From the NCBI GenBank assembly GCA_965229645.1, contig OZ245893.1:2335572-2399571 (forward strand): a stretch of 64,000 bases of DNA, in the 5' to 3' direction. Made by a program: the position numbers and the translations under genes. This DNA is from Alphaproteobacteria bacterium. GTDB lineage: Bacteria; Pseudomonadota; Alphaproteobacteria; UBA7985. The notes under the pieces were generated by a model that ran no database searches, was not told the origin of the DNA, and worked only from the letters and a program-made list of their open reading frames with translations. Shown here one piece after another: positions 29,227 through 39,180 of the stretch (position 1 is its first letter; the number at the start of each line of letters is the position of its first letter).

Positions 29227-30143
29227 GCCTGCTGCGCCCTCAGCGGACCGAACACGCGTTGCACCATAGCGCGCGCGCGTCGCAAAACCGCTCGCTCACC
29301 CAGTTGGCCTTGCAGCGCTTCGTTCGCAACCGCACGGCGGTGGTGGCGCTGTGGGTCTTGGGCCTATTGATGGCCATGGCCCTATTCGCGCCGCTGTTTG
29401 AATGGTTGACAGGTTACGACAAGGCTTATCAGGACCGCGATTTCTACAGCGGCCAGCCGCCCAATTGGCGCGCGCGCCACTTCCTGGGTACCGATCAAAA
29501 TGGTCGCGACATCTTCGTGCGTACCCTGTTCGGCATGCGCATTTCGCTCGCCGTTGCGGCCATCGCCGCCCTGGTCGCGCTCACCGTCGGCGTCACCTAC
29601 GGGGCGATCAGCGGGCTGGCGGGCGGGCGCGTCGATGCCGTCATGATGCGGATTCTCGATTTGCTGATTTCCTATCCGCTCACCCTGATCGCCGTCATCG
29701 CGCTTGCTTACTTTGGCCGCAATATCTTTATCGTTTTTGCCATCATCGGCTTGGTGGAATGGCAAATTATGGCGCGGGTCGTTCGCGGCCAAGTCGTCAG
29801 CTTGCGCAACTCCGAATTCATCGAGGCCGCGCGCGCCCTAGGGGTGCCGCCGCTAGCGATTTTGCGCCGCCATATCATCCCCAACGTCTTAGGCGTGGCG
29901 CTGGTCTATATGACCCTGATCATCCCCGAAGTCATATTGGTCGAGAGTTTCTTGGGCTTTCTCGGCCTGGGCGTCCAGGAACCCAACACCTCCCTCGGCG
30001 TCCTGATTTCCGAAGGTGCCAACAAGGTCGAGCAAAAACCCTGGTTCACTTACGGCCCAGGGCTGTTCTTGGTCGCCCTGCTCATGGCCTTGAACTTTGT
30101 CGGCGATGGCCTGCGCGACGCCGTCGATCCCAAGGACCGCTGA
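29223..30143 (+). CDS. ABC transporter permease (OppC/DppC-like)
   Basis: ATGA overlap with the upstream permease; EAA-loop region present. Confidence 0.8.
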   Translation: MSLLRPQRTEHALHHSARASQNRSLTQLALQRFVRNRTAVVALWVLGLLMAMALFAPLFEWLTGYDKAYQDRDFYSGQPPNWRARHFLGTDQNGRDIFVRTLFGMRISLAVAAIAALVALTVGVTYGAISGLAGGRVDAVMMRILDLLISYPLTLIAVIALAYFGRNIFIVFAIIGLVEWQIMARVVRGQVVSLRNSEFIEAARALGVPPLAILRRHIIPNVLGVALVYMTLIIPEVILVESFLGFLGLGVQEPNTSLGVLISEGANKVEQKPWFTYGPGLFLVALLMALNFVGDGLRDAVDPKDR

Positions 30144-30956
30144 ATGGCCGCCCCGATCCTGCGGCTGGACCAGCTCCGTATTACCTTCGAGACGCCCGAC
30201 GGGCTGGTGCCCGCCGTTCGCGGGGTCAGCCTCGACCTCGCTGCGGGCGAAACACTGGGCATCGCCGGGGAAAGCGGCGCGGGCAAGTCGCAAATGTGGA
30301 TGGCCGCGCTCGGCCTGCTGCCAGACACGGCGCGCGTCGAGGGGCACATATGGTACGAGGGGCAGGACTTGCTGCGCCTGCCCGTGCGCGCGCTCAATGC
30401 CATACGCGGCAAGACCTTAGCCATGGTGTTTCAAGACCCCATGACCAGCCTCAATCCCTACCTCAGCATCGGCGCGCAGTTGATGGAAGCCGTCCAAGTC
30501 CATGCGCCAGGCCTGCCGCGCGCCGCCGTGCGCGCCCAGTGCCTGGACATGCTGGATCGGGTCGCGCTGCCCGACGCGGCGGCGCGATTCCGCCAGTACC
30601 CCCACGAACTATCGGGGGGCATGCGCCAGCGGGTCATGATCGCCATGGCGCTTGTGAATCGGCCTGCGGTGCTGATCGCGGATGAGCCGACGACGGCGCT
30701 GGATGTGACGATCCAGGCCGAAATCCTCGACCTGTTGCGCGCCTTGCAGTGCGAAATGGGCATGGCCATCGTCTTCATCACCCACGACCTGGGCGTCGTC
30801 GCGCAACTGTGCGATCGGGTCGCGATCCTGTACCAGGGCCAAGTGCAGGAGGTGGGGGAGACCCAGCGCATCCTAAAACACAGCCAGCACCCCTATACGC
30901 AAAAACTGCTGGCGGCCATGCCACGCCTTGACCGCAAAGACCGACCCCAAGCATGA
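30144..30956 (+). CDS. ABC transporter ATP-binding protein (OppD/DppD-like)
   Basis: Walker A GESGAGKS, signature LSGGMRQR, Walker B LIADEPTTALD. Confidence 0.85.
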   Translation: MAAPILRLDQLRITFETPDGLVPAVRGVSLDLAAGETLGIAGESGAGKSQMWMAALGLLPDTARVEGHIWYEGQDLLRLPVRALNAIRGKTLAMVFQDPMTSLNPYLSIGAQLMEAVQVHAPGLPRAAVRAQCLDMLDRVALPDAAARFRQYPHELSGGMRQRVMIAMALVNRPAVLIADEPTTALDVTIQAEILDLLRALQCEMGMAIVFITHDLGVVAQLCDRVAILYQGQVQEVGETQRILKHSQHPYTQKLLAAMPRLDRKDRPQA

Positions 30957-31753
30957 CCCCCGCGCAACCCCCGCTCCTAGAGGTCAAGAATTTGAACGTG
31001 AGCTTTTCCATTCCAGGGCAGGGGTTCGCGCGGGCAACGACCTTCGACGCGGTCAAGGACCTGAGCTTTGCCGTGGATCGGGGCCAAACCCTCGCCATTG
31101 TCGGGGAAAGCGGTAGCGGCAAGAGCACGACCGCCCGCGCCATCCTGGCGCTCGTCAAGGCCCGTAGCGGGCAGGTGCTGTTCAAGGGCCGCGACCTCTT
31201 GACCCTGACTGCCCGAGAGATGCGGGCGCAGCGCGCGCGCATTCAGATGATCTTTCAGGACCCCATCGCCAGCCTGTCGCCCCGTCGCACGGTGTTTCAG
31301 CTGATCGAGGAACCGTTGCTCGTTCACGTTCCCAAGATGAGCGGGGCAGACCGCGCCGCCAAGGTGCTGACCTATATGGACCGCATGCGCCTGCCCGCGA
31401 CGGCGCGCAATCGCTACCCGCACGAATTTTCGGGCGGGCAAGCGCAGCGCATCGGCATCGCCCGGGCCCTGATCTGCGAGCCCGACCTGCTGATCGCCGA
31501 CGAACCCGTCAGCGCCCTCGACGTATCGATCCAGGCGGAGGTGCTGGATTTGCTCGCAGAAATCAAACAGCAGCAGGATCTGGCCCTGATCTTCATTAGC
31601 CACGACTTGAGCGTCGTCTATCAAGTCTGCGACCAGGTTTTGGTGATGAAACAGGGCCAGGTCCGCGAGTCGGGACGCGTTGAGCAAGTGTTCGATGCAC
31701 CCCAAGACCCCTATACGCAGCGCCTACTCGCCGCGATTCCCAGATTGGTATGA
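30953..31753 (+). CDS. ABC transporter ATP-binding protein (OppF/DppF-like)
   Basis: GESGSGKST, FSGGQAQR, LIADEPVSALD. Confidence 0.85.
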   Translation: MTPAQPPLLEVKNLNVSFSIPGQGFARATTFDAVKDLSFAVDRGQTLAIVGESGSGKSTTARAILALVKARSGQVLFKGRDLLTLTAREMRAQRARIQMIFQDPIASLSPRRTVFQLIEEPLLVHVPKMSGADRAAKVLTYMDRMRLPATARNRYPHEFSGGQAQRIGIARALICEPDLLIADEPVSALDVSIQAEVLDLLAEIKQQQDLALIFISHDLSVVYQVCDQVLVMKQGQVRESGRVEQVFDAPQDPYTQRLLAAIPRLV

Positions 31754-32662
31754 GCCCGCCATAACTCGCCGTCGATTGGCGATCAGATGGGCGATCAAGA
31801 CGTCGATCAGGCGGTTTTGCTTTCCTTTGGACGGCCAGAGAAAATAGATGTTGAGGTCAGGCAAGCGCTGTTGCGGCCAAATGCGGACCAGGCGCCCCGC
31901 TGCGGTGTAGTGCCGCGCGCGCATCAGCGGCAGGGCAACCACCCCGTGCCCTGCGGCGGCGAGGCGCGCGCCCATGTCAAAATCGTTCGCCCGATGGCTG
32001 AACTGCGCGCGGGCTCGCGATGCGGGATCCTGGATCGCCAAAGCATCGCACCAGGCCTTGCGATCAAAACCCGCGACCTGAATCCAGGGAATCTGGAGGC
32101 AATCGTGCGCAATCAGGGGTTGCCATAGCCCAACCTTGTCGGGGGCGACAAAAAACCCTGCCTCGACCTGGTAGAGCTTGCGCTGGATCAGGTTGGAATC
32201 CGCTAAGTCGCCAAAGGTGACGAACAGGTCGAAGCCCTGATCGATCAAATCAAAGTCACGCCCAACTACCTCAACGTCAACGCCTACCTTGGGATGGGCC
32301 GTCAAAAAATCGCAAAGATTGTCGATAAAGGGACCTGGGGCTAGCGAAAAGCGTATGGCGATCCGAAGCTGCCCGTCGAGGGCATGGGCCTGCTCGTGCA
32401 AATCATGCTTGAGCGTCTCGAGGGCACCAGCGAAGTCGGCGATGCGCGCCACCGCCTCCTTGCCTTGGCGTGTCAGGCGCGTTTGCCGCCCCTCCCGATG
32501 CACAAGGGGGGCGTTCAGCCGCGTTTCTAAACGTTGCACATGATGGGATACGACGGAAGGCGATTTGCCCAAGGCGCGCGCCGCCGCACTGAAGGAGCCG
32601 TGTTGATAAATTTTCTGCAAGACGACCAAACCGCGCAGAAGGTCGAACGAAGTATCAGCCAT
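31724..32662 (-). CDS. LysR-family transcriptional regulator
   Basis: N-terminal HTH (LRGLVVLQKIYQHGSFSAAARALGKSPSVVSHHVQRLE). Confidence 0.8.
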   Translation of the reverse strand: MADTSFDLLRGLVVLQKIYQHGSFSAAARALGKSPSVVSHHVQRLETRLNAPLVHREGRQTRLTRQGKEAVARIADFAGALETLKHDLHEQAHALDGQLRIAIRFSLAPGPFIDNLCDFLTAHPKVGVDVEVVGRDFDLIDQGFDLFVTFGDLADSNLIQRKLYQVEAGFFVAPDKVGLWQPLIAHDCLQIPWIQVAGFDRKAWCDALAIQDPASRARAQFSHRANDFDMGARLAAAGHGVVALPLMRARHYTAAGRLVRIWPQQRLPDLNIYFLWPSKGKQNRLIDVLIAHLIANRRRVMAGSYQSGNRGE

Positions 32663-32758
32663 TTTTTAGAATTTTTGGTTCGATAAATTTGGATAGAGAA
32701 ACCCCGCCCAGGATGTCAATCGGCAGAGAACCAAGACCTAAAAATTTGGAGAGTTCTT

Positions 32759-33268
32759 ATGAAATCACTGCGCTTATCCGTCGCTTCCTTCCTGGGCTTC
32801 GTGGCTCTGACGTCGGCAGGGCATGCCCAGTCGATCCGGCTGATCAATTCATTTTCTGACCCCATCCTCACCAAGGGGGCCGAACTTACCTTCATGCAGA
32901 CGCAGGCCCCAGCCGACGCGCCAATCGAACTGGTCATGTACACCGTGACGGTGTCAGAAACCCAAATCCAGTTTGAGTTGAAGGATCACTCTGCGGCCTC
33001 CGACCTCGTGTTTCCCGAGGGCCGCCAAGACATTTGGTATATTGCTCTCGATGGCGCCTCTTCCTACCAAGTCAGCCCCAAGAGCGACGCCAACTTCGTC
33101 GCCGAAGGACTCGCCGTTGCGGCAGGAACGGTGTTGGAGTTTGACGGTGCGTTTCGCGAAGGTCTCGAACTGGCCTATCCCCTGGATCAGGCAGGCATCC
33201 GCGTGACCCTGGGCGAAGGTACCGACCTGACACCCCTTGGCACGTCTTGGCGCATCGACTTTGAGTAA
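32759..33268 (+). CDS. Secreted hypothetical protein
   Basis: Signal peptide MKSLRLSVASFLGFVALTSAGHA; no recognisable family. Confidence 0.45.
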   Translation: MKSLRLSVASFLGFVALTSAGHAQSIRLINSFSDPILTKGAELTFMQTQAPADAPIELVMYTVTVSETQIQFELKDHSAASDLVFPEGRQDIWYIALDGASSYQVSPKSDANFVAEGLAVAAGTVLEFDGAFREGLELAYPLDQAGIRVTLGEGTDLTPLGTSWRIDFE

Positions 33269-33513
33269 TCCCAGCGGTGACTGAGAATGACTCTTTTGTT
33301 CGCTGGTCTGAGGGCCGCGACTGCGGCCCCCAAGCGGGCTCCAAGCCCGAAGGGCGCAGGGAATGCCTGCGCACGAAACGTGCGGCCCCGAGATATCGCT
33401 AAGAAAGCGCCTCGGGGTATAAGCGGAGGCCCCGTCGGAGGCGAAACGCGAAGCGTTTCTGCTGGGAGACACGAAACGGCCAAAAAAGTGTCAACTTTTT
33501 TGGCCGCTGGTTT
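33268..33513 (+). mobile_element. MITE copy 7 (module A only; degenerate 5' terminus)
   Basis: AATCCCAGCGGTG...GTGTCAACTTTTTTGGCCGCTGGTTTTA. Confidence 0.75.
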
Positions 33514-34442
33514 TAGCCCTGGTTCGGGTTTCGGCGGTCCTGGAGCATGGCTGCAAAAGCCTCTTCCACGGGCGTCGGTTGGAAGTCGGGCAGGAGTTGG
33601 TCAAAGTCTTCTCCTGCGACCGCGTGCGGGGTGCGCCAGAGGTAGGACATGGCTACGACCCCGCGCAGGCGCGGCGAGACGAGGCTGAGGAGGCGCATCA
33701 GCGGCCAAGGAAACCCCCTTAGGGTCAGGTCCCAGCCCATGGCATGGGCGGTGCGACGGCACAAGTCTTGCCCAGTTAAGGTGTACCCTGGAAACAGAAC
33801 CTCGCGATGCCCCGTTTGCGCCCTTAAGCCTTGGCACAAGTCGATGGCGGCGCGCGCCATATCGGGCAGATAGGCAAAGCTATGGTCAAGGCCTGTGGGC
33901 CCTGGGTAGGCAAAGCGCCCTTTGGCCAGGCCCTGGGTCATATGGGTATCAAACCAGTTCCCCGTTTGGGTCCCTTCCAAAAAATCCCCGCCCCGCAGGA
34001 GCAACGTCGGGACGGATGCGCGCCCGATCAGTTGATCGCACGCGTAGCGTACCGTAGCCAAGGCGTTGGACGGGGCTTTGGGCGTATCGGGCCCGATACG
34101 CGCGGGCATGGCGGGGCCGTAAGCGTAGAGATTGCCGAGCGACAGCAGCGGAAGGTTGAGGGTTTGGCAAGCCGCCAACACACTTTGAGTCAGCGGGATC
34201 AAGGATTTTTGCCACGCTTCGTAGGGCGGATTGAGCGCGTTCAAAACCACGTCGGCCCCCGTTCCCGCCGCCGCAATGGCCTCGGGGTCGTGGGCGTCGC
34301 CCGTCGCGCGAGCGAGGCCCGGGATCGTGGTGGCGTCATCCCAGGTTCGTGCCAGGGCGATTACTTCGTGGTTTTGCGCGAGGGCGGCCTCAACGCTATG
34401 GCGCCCGAACCGACCTTTGGCGCCTAAAATCAAGATCTTCAT
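33513..34442 (-). CDS. NAD(P)H-binding SDR/NmrA-like family protein
   Basis: N-terminal Rossmann fold MKILILGAKGRFGRH. Confidence 0.7.
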   Translation of the reverse strand: MKILILGAKGRFGRHSVEAALAQNHEVIALARTWDDATTIPGLARATGDAHDPEAIAAAGTGADVVLNALNPPYEAWQKSLIPLTQSVLAACQTLNLPLLSLGNLYAYGPAMPARIGPDTPKAPSNALATVRYACDQLIGRASVPTLLLRGGDFLEGTQTGNWFDTHMTQGLAKGRFAYPGPTGLDHSFAYLPDMARAAIDLCQGLRAQTGHREVLFPGYTLTGQDLCRRTAHAMGWDLTLRGFPWPLMRLLSLVSPRLRGVVAMSYLWRTPHAVAGEDFDQLLPDFQPTPVEEAFAAMLQDRRNPNQG

Positions 34443-34537
34443 GGTGTTTCCTATTCGGGTAAGAGGGAGGAGGCTCACGACTTAACCCATGAATTTTCGG
34501 ATACTCATAGCCCAAATTTCAATCTATATATTCGAAT

Positions 34538-35437
34538 ATGAATAGATCGGCTTTGCCCTGGCATCTGCTACAGAGTTTTTTGTCCTGCCTCGATCAGGGA
34601 TCGCTGAGCGCGGCGGCGGCGCGCCTCAACCTAAGCCAGCCGACCCTTTCCCGGCACATTCGCGAATTGGAAGCCTTGATCCAGGGGCGTCTTTTCGTCC
34701 GGTCCCGCCAGGGGTTGCAGTTGACCACCTTGGGGCTGGAATTGGTTGAACCTGCGCGCGCCATGGCCGACGCTGCGGCCCAGATCAGCGCCCGACTGTC
34801 GGGAGCGGGGGCGGAGACAAGGGCGAGCGTACGCGTCACCGCCAGTCAGTACATGGCGACATTTTGGTTACCCGAAATCCTCGTAGCCTTCCAGGCGCGC
34901 CACCCGCACATCCAGATCGAGCTGGTCGCCAACGATCAGACGCACAATCTGCTGCGGCGCGAGGCCGACATCGCGGTGCGCATGTTTCGGCCAACCCAAG
35001 ATAGCTTGATCACTCGGCATTTAGGCCACATCGATCTGTGCATGTTGACGACGCGCGCCTATTTGGCGACGCGCACGCCGCCGCAAACGCCCGAGGACTT
35101 GCGCGCCCATCGCCTGATTGGCGACGATCAACGCACCCTCATTATCGACGGCTTACGCGCCTATGGGTTGCGCTTTGGGCCCGACGACTTCGCCTTGCGT
35201 TGCGACGACCAGGTGACGGCGTTGCACTTGATCGCCGCGGGCGGAGGCATCGGTTTTGGCCAGGCGCGCCTTGCCGAGCGGTTTCCGAACCTGATCGCCT
35301 TGCCCATCGGCGACGGCGCGCCGAAATTACCGCTCTGGCTGACCGCCCACGAGGACTTGCGCAGCAATCGTGCCGTGCGGCGGCTCTATGACTTCCTGGC
35401 CGAGCGATTGGTTCAGGTGGTGACAAATGCGCCGTGA
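34538..35437 (+). CDS. LysR-family transcriptional regulator (divergent from the SDR gene)
   Basis: HTH LSQPTLSRHIRELE plus a co-inducer domain. Confidence 0.8.
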   Translation: MNRSALPWHLLQSFLSCLDQGSLSAAAARLNLSQPTLSRHIRELEALIQGRLFVRSRQGLQLTTLGLELVEPARAMADAAAQISARLSGAGAETRASVRVTASQYMATFWLPEILVAFQARHPHIQIELVANDQTHNLLRREADIAVRMFRPTQDSLITRHLGHIDLCMLTTRAYLATRTPPQTPEDLRAHRLIGDDQRTLIIDGLRAYGLRFGPDDFALRCDDQVTALHLIAAGGGIGFGQARLAERFPNLIALPIGDGAPKLPLWLTAHEDLRSNRAVRRLYDFLAERLVQVVTNAP

Positions 35438-35453
35438 TGGGTTTGGAAGGGAT

Positions 35454-35978
35454 TCACGGCGAAGGCGGAGGTTTGTCCCCGCGATCGTAGGCTTCCCAGC
35501 CGTGGCCCTTGAACAGATCGACGCCGAGTTGGGCGGCGACGTGGGCGAAATCGACATGGACGTAGTTTTCAACGATCTTGCCATCGACGACTTTCCAGAA
35601 GTCCATGTAGCGGATTTCGACTCGTTTCCCTGTCGGCGCGATGCCGAGGAATGCGCCGCTGTGGATCGCCTCTTGTCGGCCAAAGGCAGCGGCCCATTCG
35701 CCCATGTAGAGGCGCGCCTCGTCGATACAGACTTTGTCGGAGAAGGCCGCCTGGAACGGGCGCTGCCAGTTTTCTTGGAATTCACGCAAGCCCTTCTTCG
35801 TGCCGCAGCCCTGGTTGCCGATCCAACGAAAATTCTCGGCAAAAAACTCGCCGATGTCGGCGATGCGGTGGTCGTTTAGGCCATCGACCATCGCCTCAAT
35901 CACGGCGCGTGTGGCCTCGGTTTTGCTGGGGTCGGTGTCGCGTGTTAAGAGCGCCTGTTCGGGACGAGCCCCAGCCAT
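35454..35978 (-). CDS. SnoaL-like/NTF2-fold protein (ester cyclase-like)
   Basis: 174 aa; WIGNQG...GKRVEIRYMDFWKVVDGKIVENY pattern typical of the SnoaL_2 fold. Confidence 0.6.
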   Translation of the reverse strand: MAGARPEQALLTRDTDPSKTEATRAVIEAMVDGLNDHRIADIGEFFAENFRWIGNQGCGTKKGLREFQENWQRPFQAAFSDKVCIDEARLYMGEWAAAFGRQEAIHSGAFLGIAPTGKRVEIRYMDFWKVVDGKIVENYVHVDFAHVAAQLGVDLFKGHGWEAYDRGDKPPPSP

Positions 35979-35981
35979 GAC

Positions 35982-36899
35982 CTACCCCTTAACCGCGCCT
36001 GCGGTCAGGCCGCTGACCAATTGGCGTTGGAACACCATGATGAGGACAAACAAGGGCGCAGTGGCGGAGACCACGGCCGCGACCGCGGCCATTTGCTCGC
36101 CGTCGGCCTGGGCCGAGCCCAAGAAGCCCGCGATGCGCGGGATCATGGTCGTATTTTCCTGGCTCAGCAAAGCAGAAGTCACCGTAAAGTCGTTGTAGGC
36201 GAGCAGGAAGCTAAACAGCCCCGTGGTAATGACGCCAGGCCACATGACGGGCATGATCACATGCCAAAACCCCTGCAAGCGGTTGCAGCCATCGACCAGC
36301 GCCGATTCGTCCAATTCTTGGGGGATATTCATGAAGAACGAGCGCATCATCCAAAGGGTAAAAGGCTGATTGATCGCCACCAGCACGACCACAGCGATGT
36401 AGGTTCGGCCCCATAAGGTGCCTTCTTCGATCAGCGTCACGCCGAATAGCCGCCATTCGGGCAAGCGGGTGGCGAACAACGGTTCCATATAGCCCGACAC
36501 CAAGGTGATGTGCGGCATGGCACGAAAGATCAGGGCAATCATCAAAATCCAAAAGGCGTATTTGGCGGTGGAGCGGGCCAAGGCGTAGCCGCCCAAGGTG
36601 CCAAAAGTCAGAGAGATGATCACGACGCTGAGGGTGACGATGAACGTATTGAAGGCCGCTTGGGAGAAGGCCTTTTGCGGCGAAAAGGCGACTTGGTAAC
36701 CCAGGCCCGTGAAGTAGCTGCCCACGTCGCGCAGCGTGTCGGTGCCCGTCAAGTTTTTGGACCAGAGGCCAAAGAAATCGGTTTCGACCTTGAAGCTGCC
36801 CCAAACGGTCCAGGCAAAAGGAAAGGCGGCGACCACCACCCATAGGGCGGCCAAGGCGTAGAGCAGGATCGATAGAGCGCGCTTGCTGGGGTCGGTCAT
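35982..36899 (-). CDS. Carbohydrate ABC transporter permease (MalG/UgpE-like)
   Basis: Six transmembrane helices, EAA-type loop. Confidence 0.85.
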   Translation of the reverse strand: MTDPSKRALSILLYALAALWVVVAAFPFAWTVWGSFKVETDFFGLWSKNLTGTDTLRDVGSYFTGLGYQVAFSPQKAFSQAAFNTFIVTLSVVIISLTFGTLGGYALARSTAKYAFWILMIALIFRAMPHITLVSGYMEPLFATRLPEWRLFGVTLIEEGTLWGRTYIAVVVLVAINQPFTLWMMRSFFMNIPQELDESALVDGCNRLQGFWHVIMPVMWPGVITTGLFSFLLAYNDFTVTSALLSQENTTMIPRIAGFLGSAQADGEQMAAVAAVVSATAPLFVLIMVFQRQLVSGLTAGAVKG

Positions 36900-37933
36900 C
36901 GGGCCGCTCCCCGAAAATCACGCCAGGTCCGAATCAGCACGGGCAGCAGCAGCACGAAGACCATGAGGATGGTCAGCAGCGACGTGGCCGCCGCCGTGCC
37001 GTAGCGCTTGTCTTGTTGGATCACCAAATGTTCGTAGATCAAAGTCGAGAGCGATTGGGCTTTGGACTGGGCCTGGAAACTGACGATGGGTTCAAGAACC
37101 CGGAAGGCGTCCATAATGTGGATCAGCAGCACAAAGGTAATGAGCGGCATGAGGTGGGGGATGATCACATGGCGGAACCGTTCCCATCGGGACGCGCCAT
37201 CGACCATAGCCGCCTCGACTTGGTCTTGGTTCACAGTCTGAAGCCCTGCATAGAACACGATAAAGGCAAAGGGCGTCACGTGCCAGACGCCGTAGGTGGC
37301 GAGCATGGCCCAGGTCGCGGTACTTGAGGCCCGCAAGGAAAGATCGGCATCGGTCCAAAAGGTCAGCCAGTTGACGAGGGAATAGAGCAGGCCGCCGTTG
37401 TTGCCTGTCATCCAAAATAGAACCAGCGACCCGACGAGCGGCGTGATGATAAAGGGCAGCAGACTCGCAAAAATAATCGGTCCCCGCACTTTGCGGCTCA
37501 GGGTGTTGACAAGGCTCGCCACCGCCAAGCCAAAGGCCAGAATGAACGGCGTGGTGACAAAGGTATAGAATAGGGTGAAGGCCAAAGCCTTGTAGAACGG
37601 CAAGTTCCAAAGGTTCGCACCTTGCCCGAGTTCCTGGCAAGCCAAGACCGAATAGCCGCAAATAAAGTCCAGCCCGCGAAACACGTTGGGGCCTTCGTCG
37701 TCCTGGTACGTAAGGGTGGTTTCGCACTTGGCCTCGCCGAACAAATTGGGCGTGCAAATCTCAGAGACGATCTCTTGACGCGGCGGAGCGGAAAAAAAGC
37801 TCTGGTAGCCAACATTGACCAGGGGCACCAAAATAAACAGCACCATGGTCGCCACCGACGGCAAAACGAACCAGAGGAAGGTGCGGTGGGGCATGAGCAG
37901 CAAGAAATTTGGGGGACGCCCAGCGCCCCCCAA
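36896..37933 (-). CDS. Carbohydrate ABC transporter permease (MalF/UgpA-like)
   Basis: 345 aa polytopic permease; overlaps its downstream partner. Confidence 0.85.
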   Translation of the reverse strand: MGGAGRPPNFLLLMPHRTFLWFVLPSVATMVLFILVPLVNVGYQSFFSAPPRQEIVSEICTPNLFGEAKCETTLTYQDDEGPNVFRGLDFICGYSVLACQELGQGANLWNLPFYKALAFTLFYTFVTTPFILAFGLAVASLVNTLSRKVRGPIIFASLLPFIITPLVGSLVLFWMTGNNGGLLYSLVNWLTFWTDADLSLRASSTATWAMLATYGVWHVTPFAFIVFYAGLQTVNQDQVEAAMVDGASRWERFRHVIIPHLMPLITFVLLIHIMDAFRVLEPIVSFQAQSKAQSLSTLIYEHLVIQQDKRYGTAAATSLLTILMVFVLLLPVLIRTWRDFRGAAR

Positions 37934-37951
37934 ATATGAACGCCAGGGGGC

Positions 37952-39151
37952 TTAGTTTTCGGCCATGGCGGCGTTGTACGCCGCCGTAATGTCCATGAGG
38001 GCCTGTTCAGCCGATTCCTCGCCCGACAAGAACTCGGCCAATTCGGCCCCCGCCGCCGTGTGCATGGCCCCGACGTGGGGTAACATGGGGTAGGGGTTGG
38101 CCCCGTTGGCGGCAGAGGCAAATACCCCTGCGGCAGCGGGGGTCGGCGCGTACCCGTCGATCACCCAAACGGCCAAGGCGTCGTTGCCTTCGACGGACAG
38201 AACCGAGTCCATGGCGTGGATCGCGGTGCTGACAGCGTTGGCCAGGTCTTCGTCAGACTGGTTGGCGGCGAAGAAGAAACCGTCCCACCACAGCGTCGTC
38301 GCAGGGACCGATCCGCCACCGAAGGTGGGGGCCGAGCCCATGACAACCTCTTGGTCCAATGCGGTCACGCCGTCGATGACCGCCTGGGCGCGCGACCCCC
38401 AGAGGTTGGCGATGCCCGCTTCGCCCTGCTCAAACTGGGCTTGCACAGCGTCGGAGTTGAAGGTGAGGAACTCGGGGTTCATGAGGTCCGTCAACTCCTT
38501 CATCATGCTTAGGGTGGCGATGCCCGCGGCATTGTCGATGTTGGCTTCGGTCCCGTTGACGAACATGGGCTCGCCCGTTCCCTGCCACATGTTGACGAAC
38601 TCCTCGCCCAAGTTCCAGCCAGCGGCGAAGGTTCCCGTTAGGGGATAGTCCATGAGGCCCATATCCTGGGCGGCCTTGGCGAGGGCGACAACCTCCTCGT
38701 AGGTGCTGGGCATGTCCATGCCCGTAGCCGCAAGAACGTCAGCGCGCACCATCAGGTGTTGCGCATTGCCCATGAAGGCCAGGGCAACAACCTCGCCCGC
38801 TTGCTCAATTTTCATGGCCGCAGGCAAGTCCGCGACGCCAGGAACGTCGCTAATCGATGCGACGAGGCCCGCGGCGTTGGCGGCAGTAAAGGTTGAGTTG
38901 GCGCCGATGACAGCATTGTAGGCCGCAGGCGAAGCCTCGAGCGCTGGATTGATCTTGTCTTTATGCTCCTGATCGCGCTCGGTAGAGGCTCCGCAGATCG
39001 CCTCTGCTTGGTTCTGAACCGCTTCAACGGCGGGGAACGCCGCCGACAAGATCGAAATGTTGGACCCATCGCAATGGCCGTCGGCCAGGGCAGATGTCGA
39101 AGCAAGCGCTGAAACACCCGCTGCTAAGGTTAATTTTTTAATCACGTTCAT
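37952..39151 (-). CDS. Sugar ABC transporter substrate-binding protein (family 1)
   Basis: AAGGAG ribosome-binding site, then ATGAACGTG (MNVIKKLTLAAGVSALASTSALA, signal peptide). Confidence 0.8.
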   Translation of the reverse strand: MNVIKKLTLAAGVSALASTSALADGHCDGSNISILSAAFPAVEAVQNQAEAICGASTERDQEHKDKINPALEASPAAYNAVIGANSTFTAANAAGLVASISDVPGVADLPAAMKIEQAGEVVALAFMGNAQHLMVRADVLAATGMDMPSTYEEVVALAKAAQDMGLMDYPLTGTFAAGWNLGEEFVNMWQGTGEPMFVNGTEANIDNAAGIATLSMMKELTDLMNPEFLTFNSDAVQAQFEQGEAGIANLWGSRAQAVIDGVTALDQEVVMGSAPTFGGGSVPATTLWWDGFFFAANQSDEDLANAVSTAIHAMDSVLSVEGNDALAVWVIDGYAPTPAAAGVFASAANGANPYPMLPHVGAMHTAAGAELAEFLSGEESAEQALMDITAAYNAAMAEN

Positions 39152-39180
39152 CTCCTTAAAGGTTTGAAGGGCGAACACCC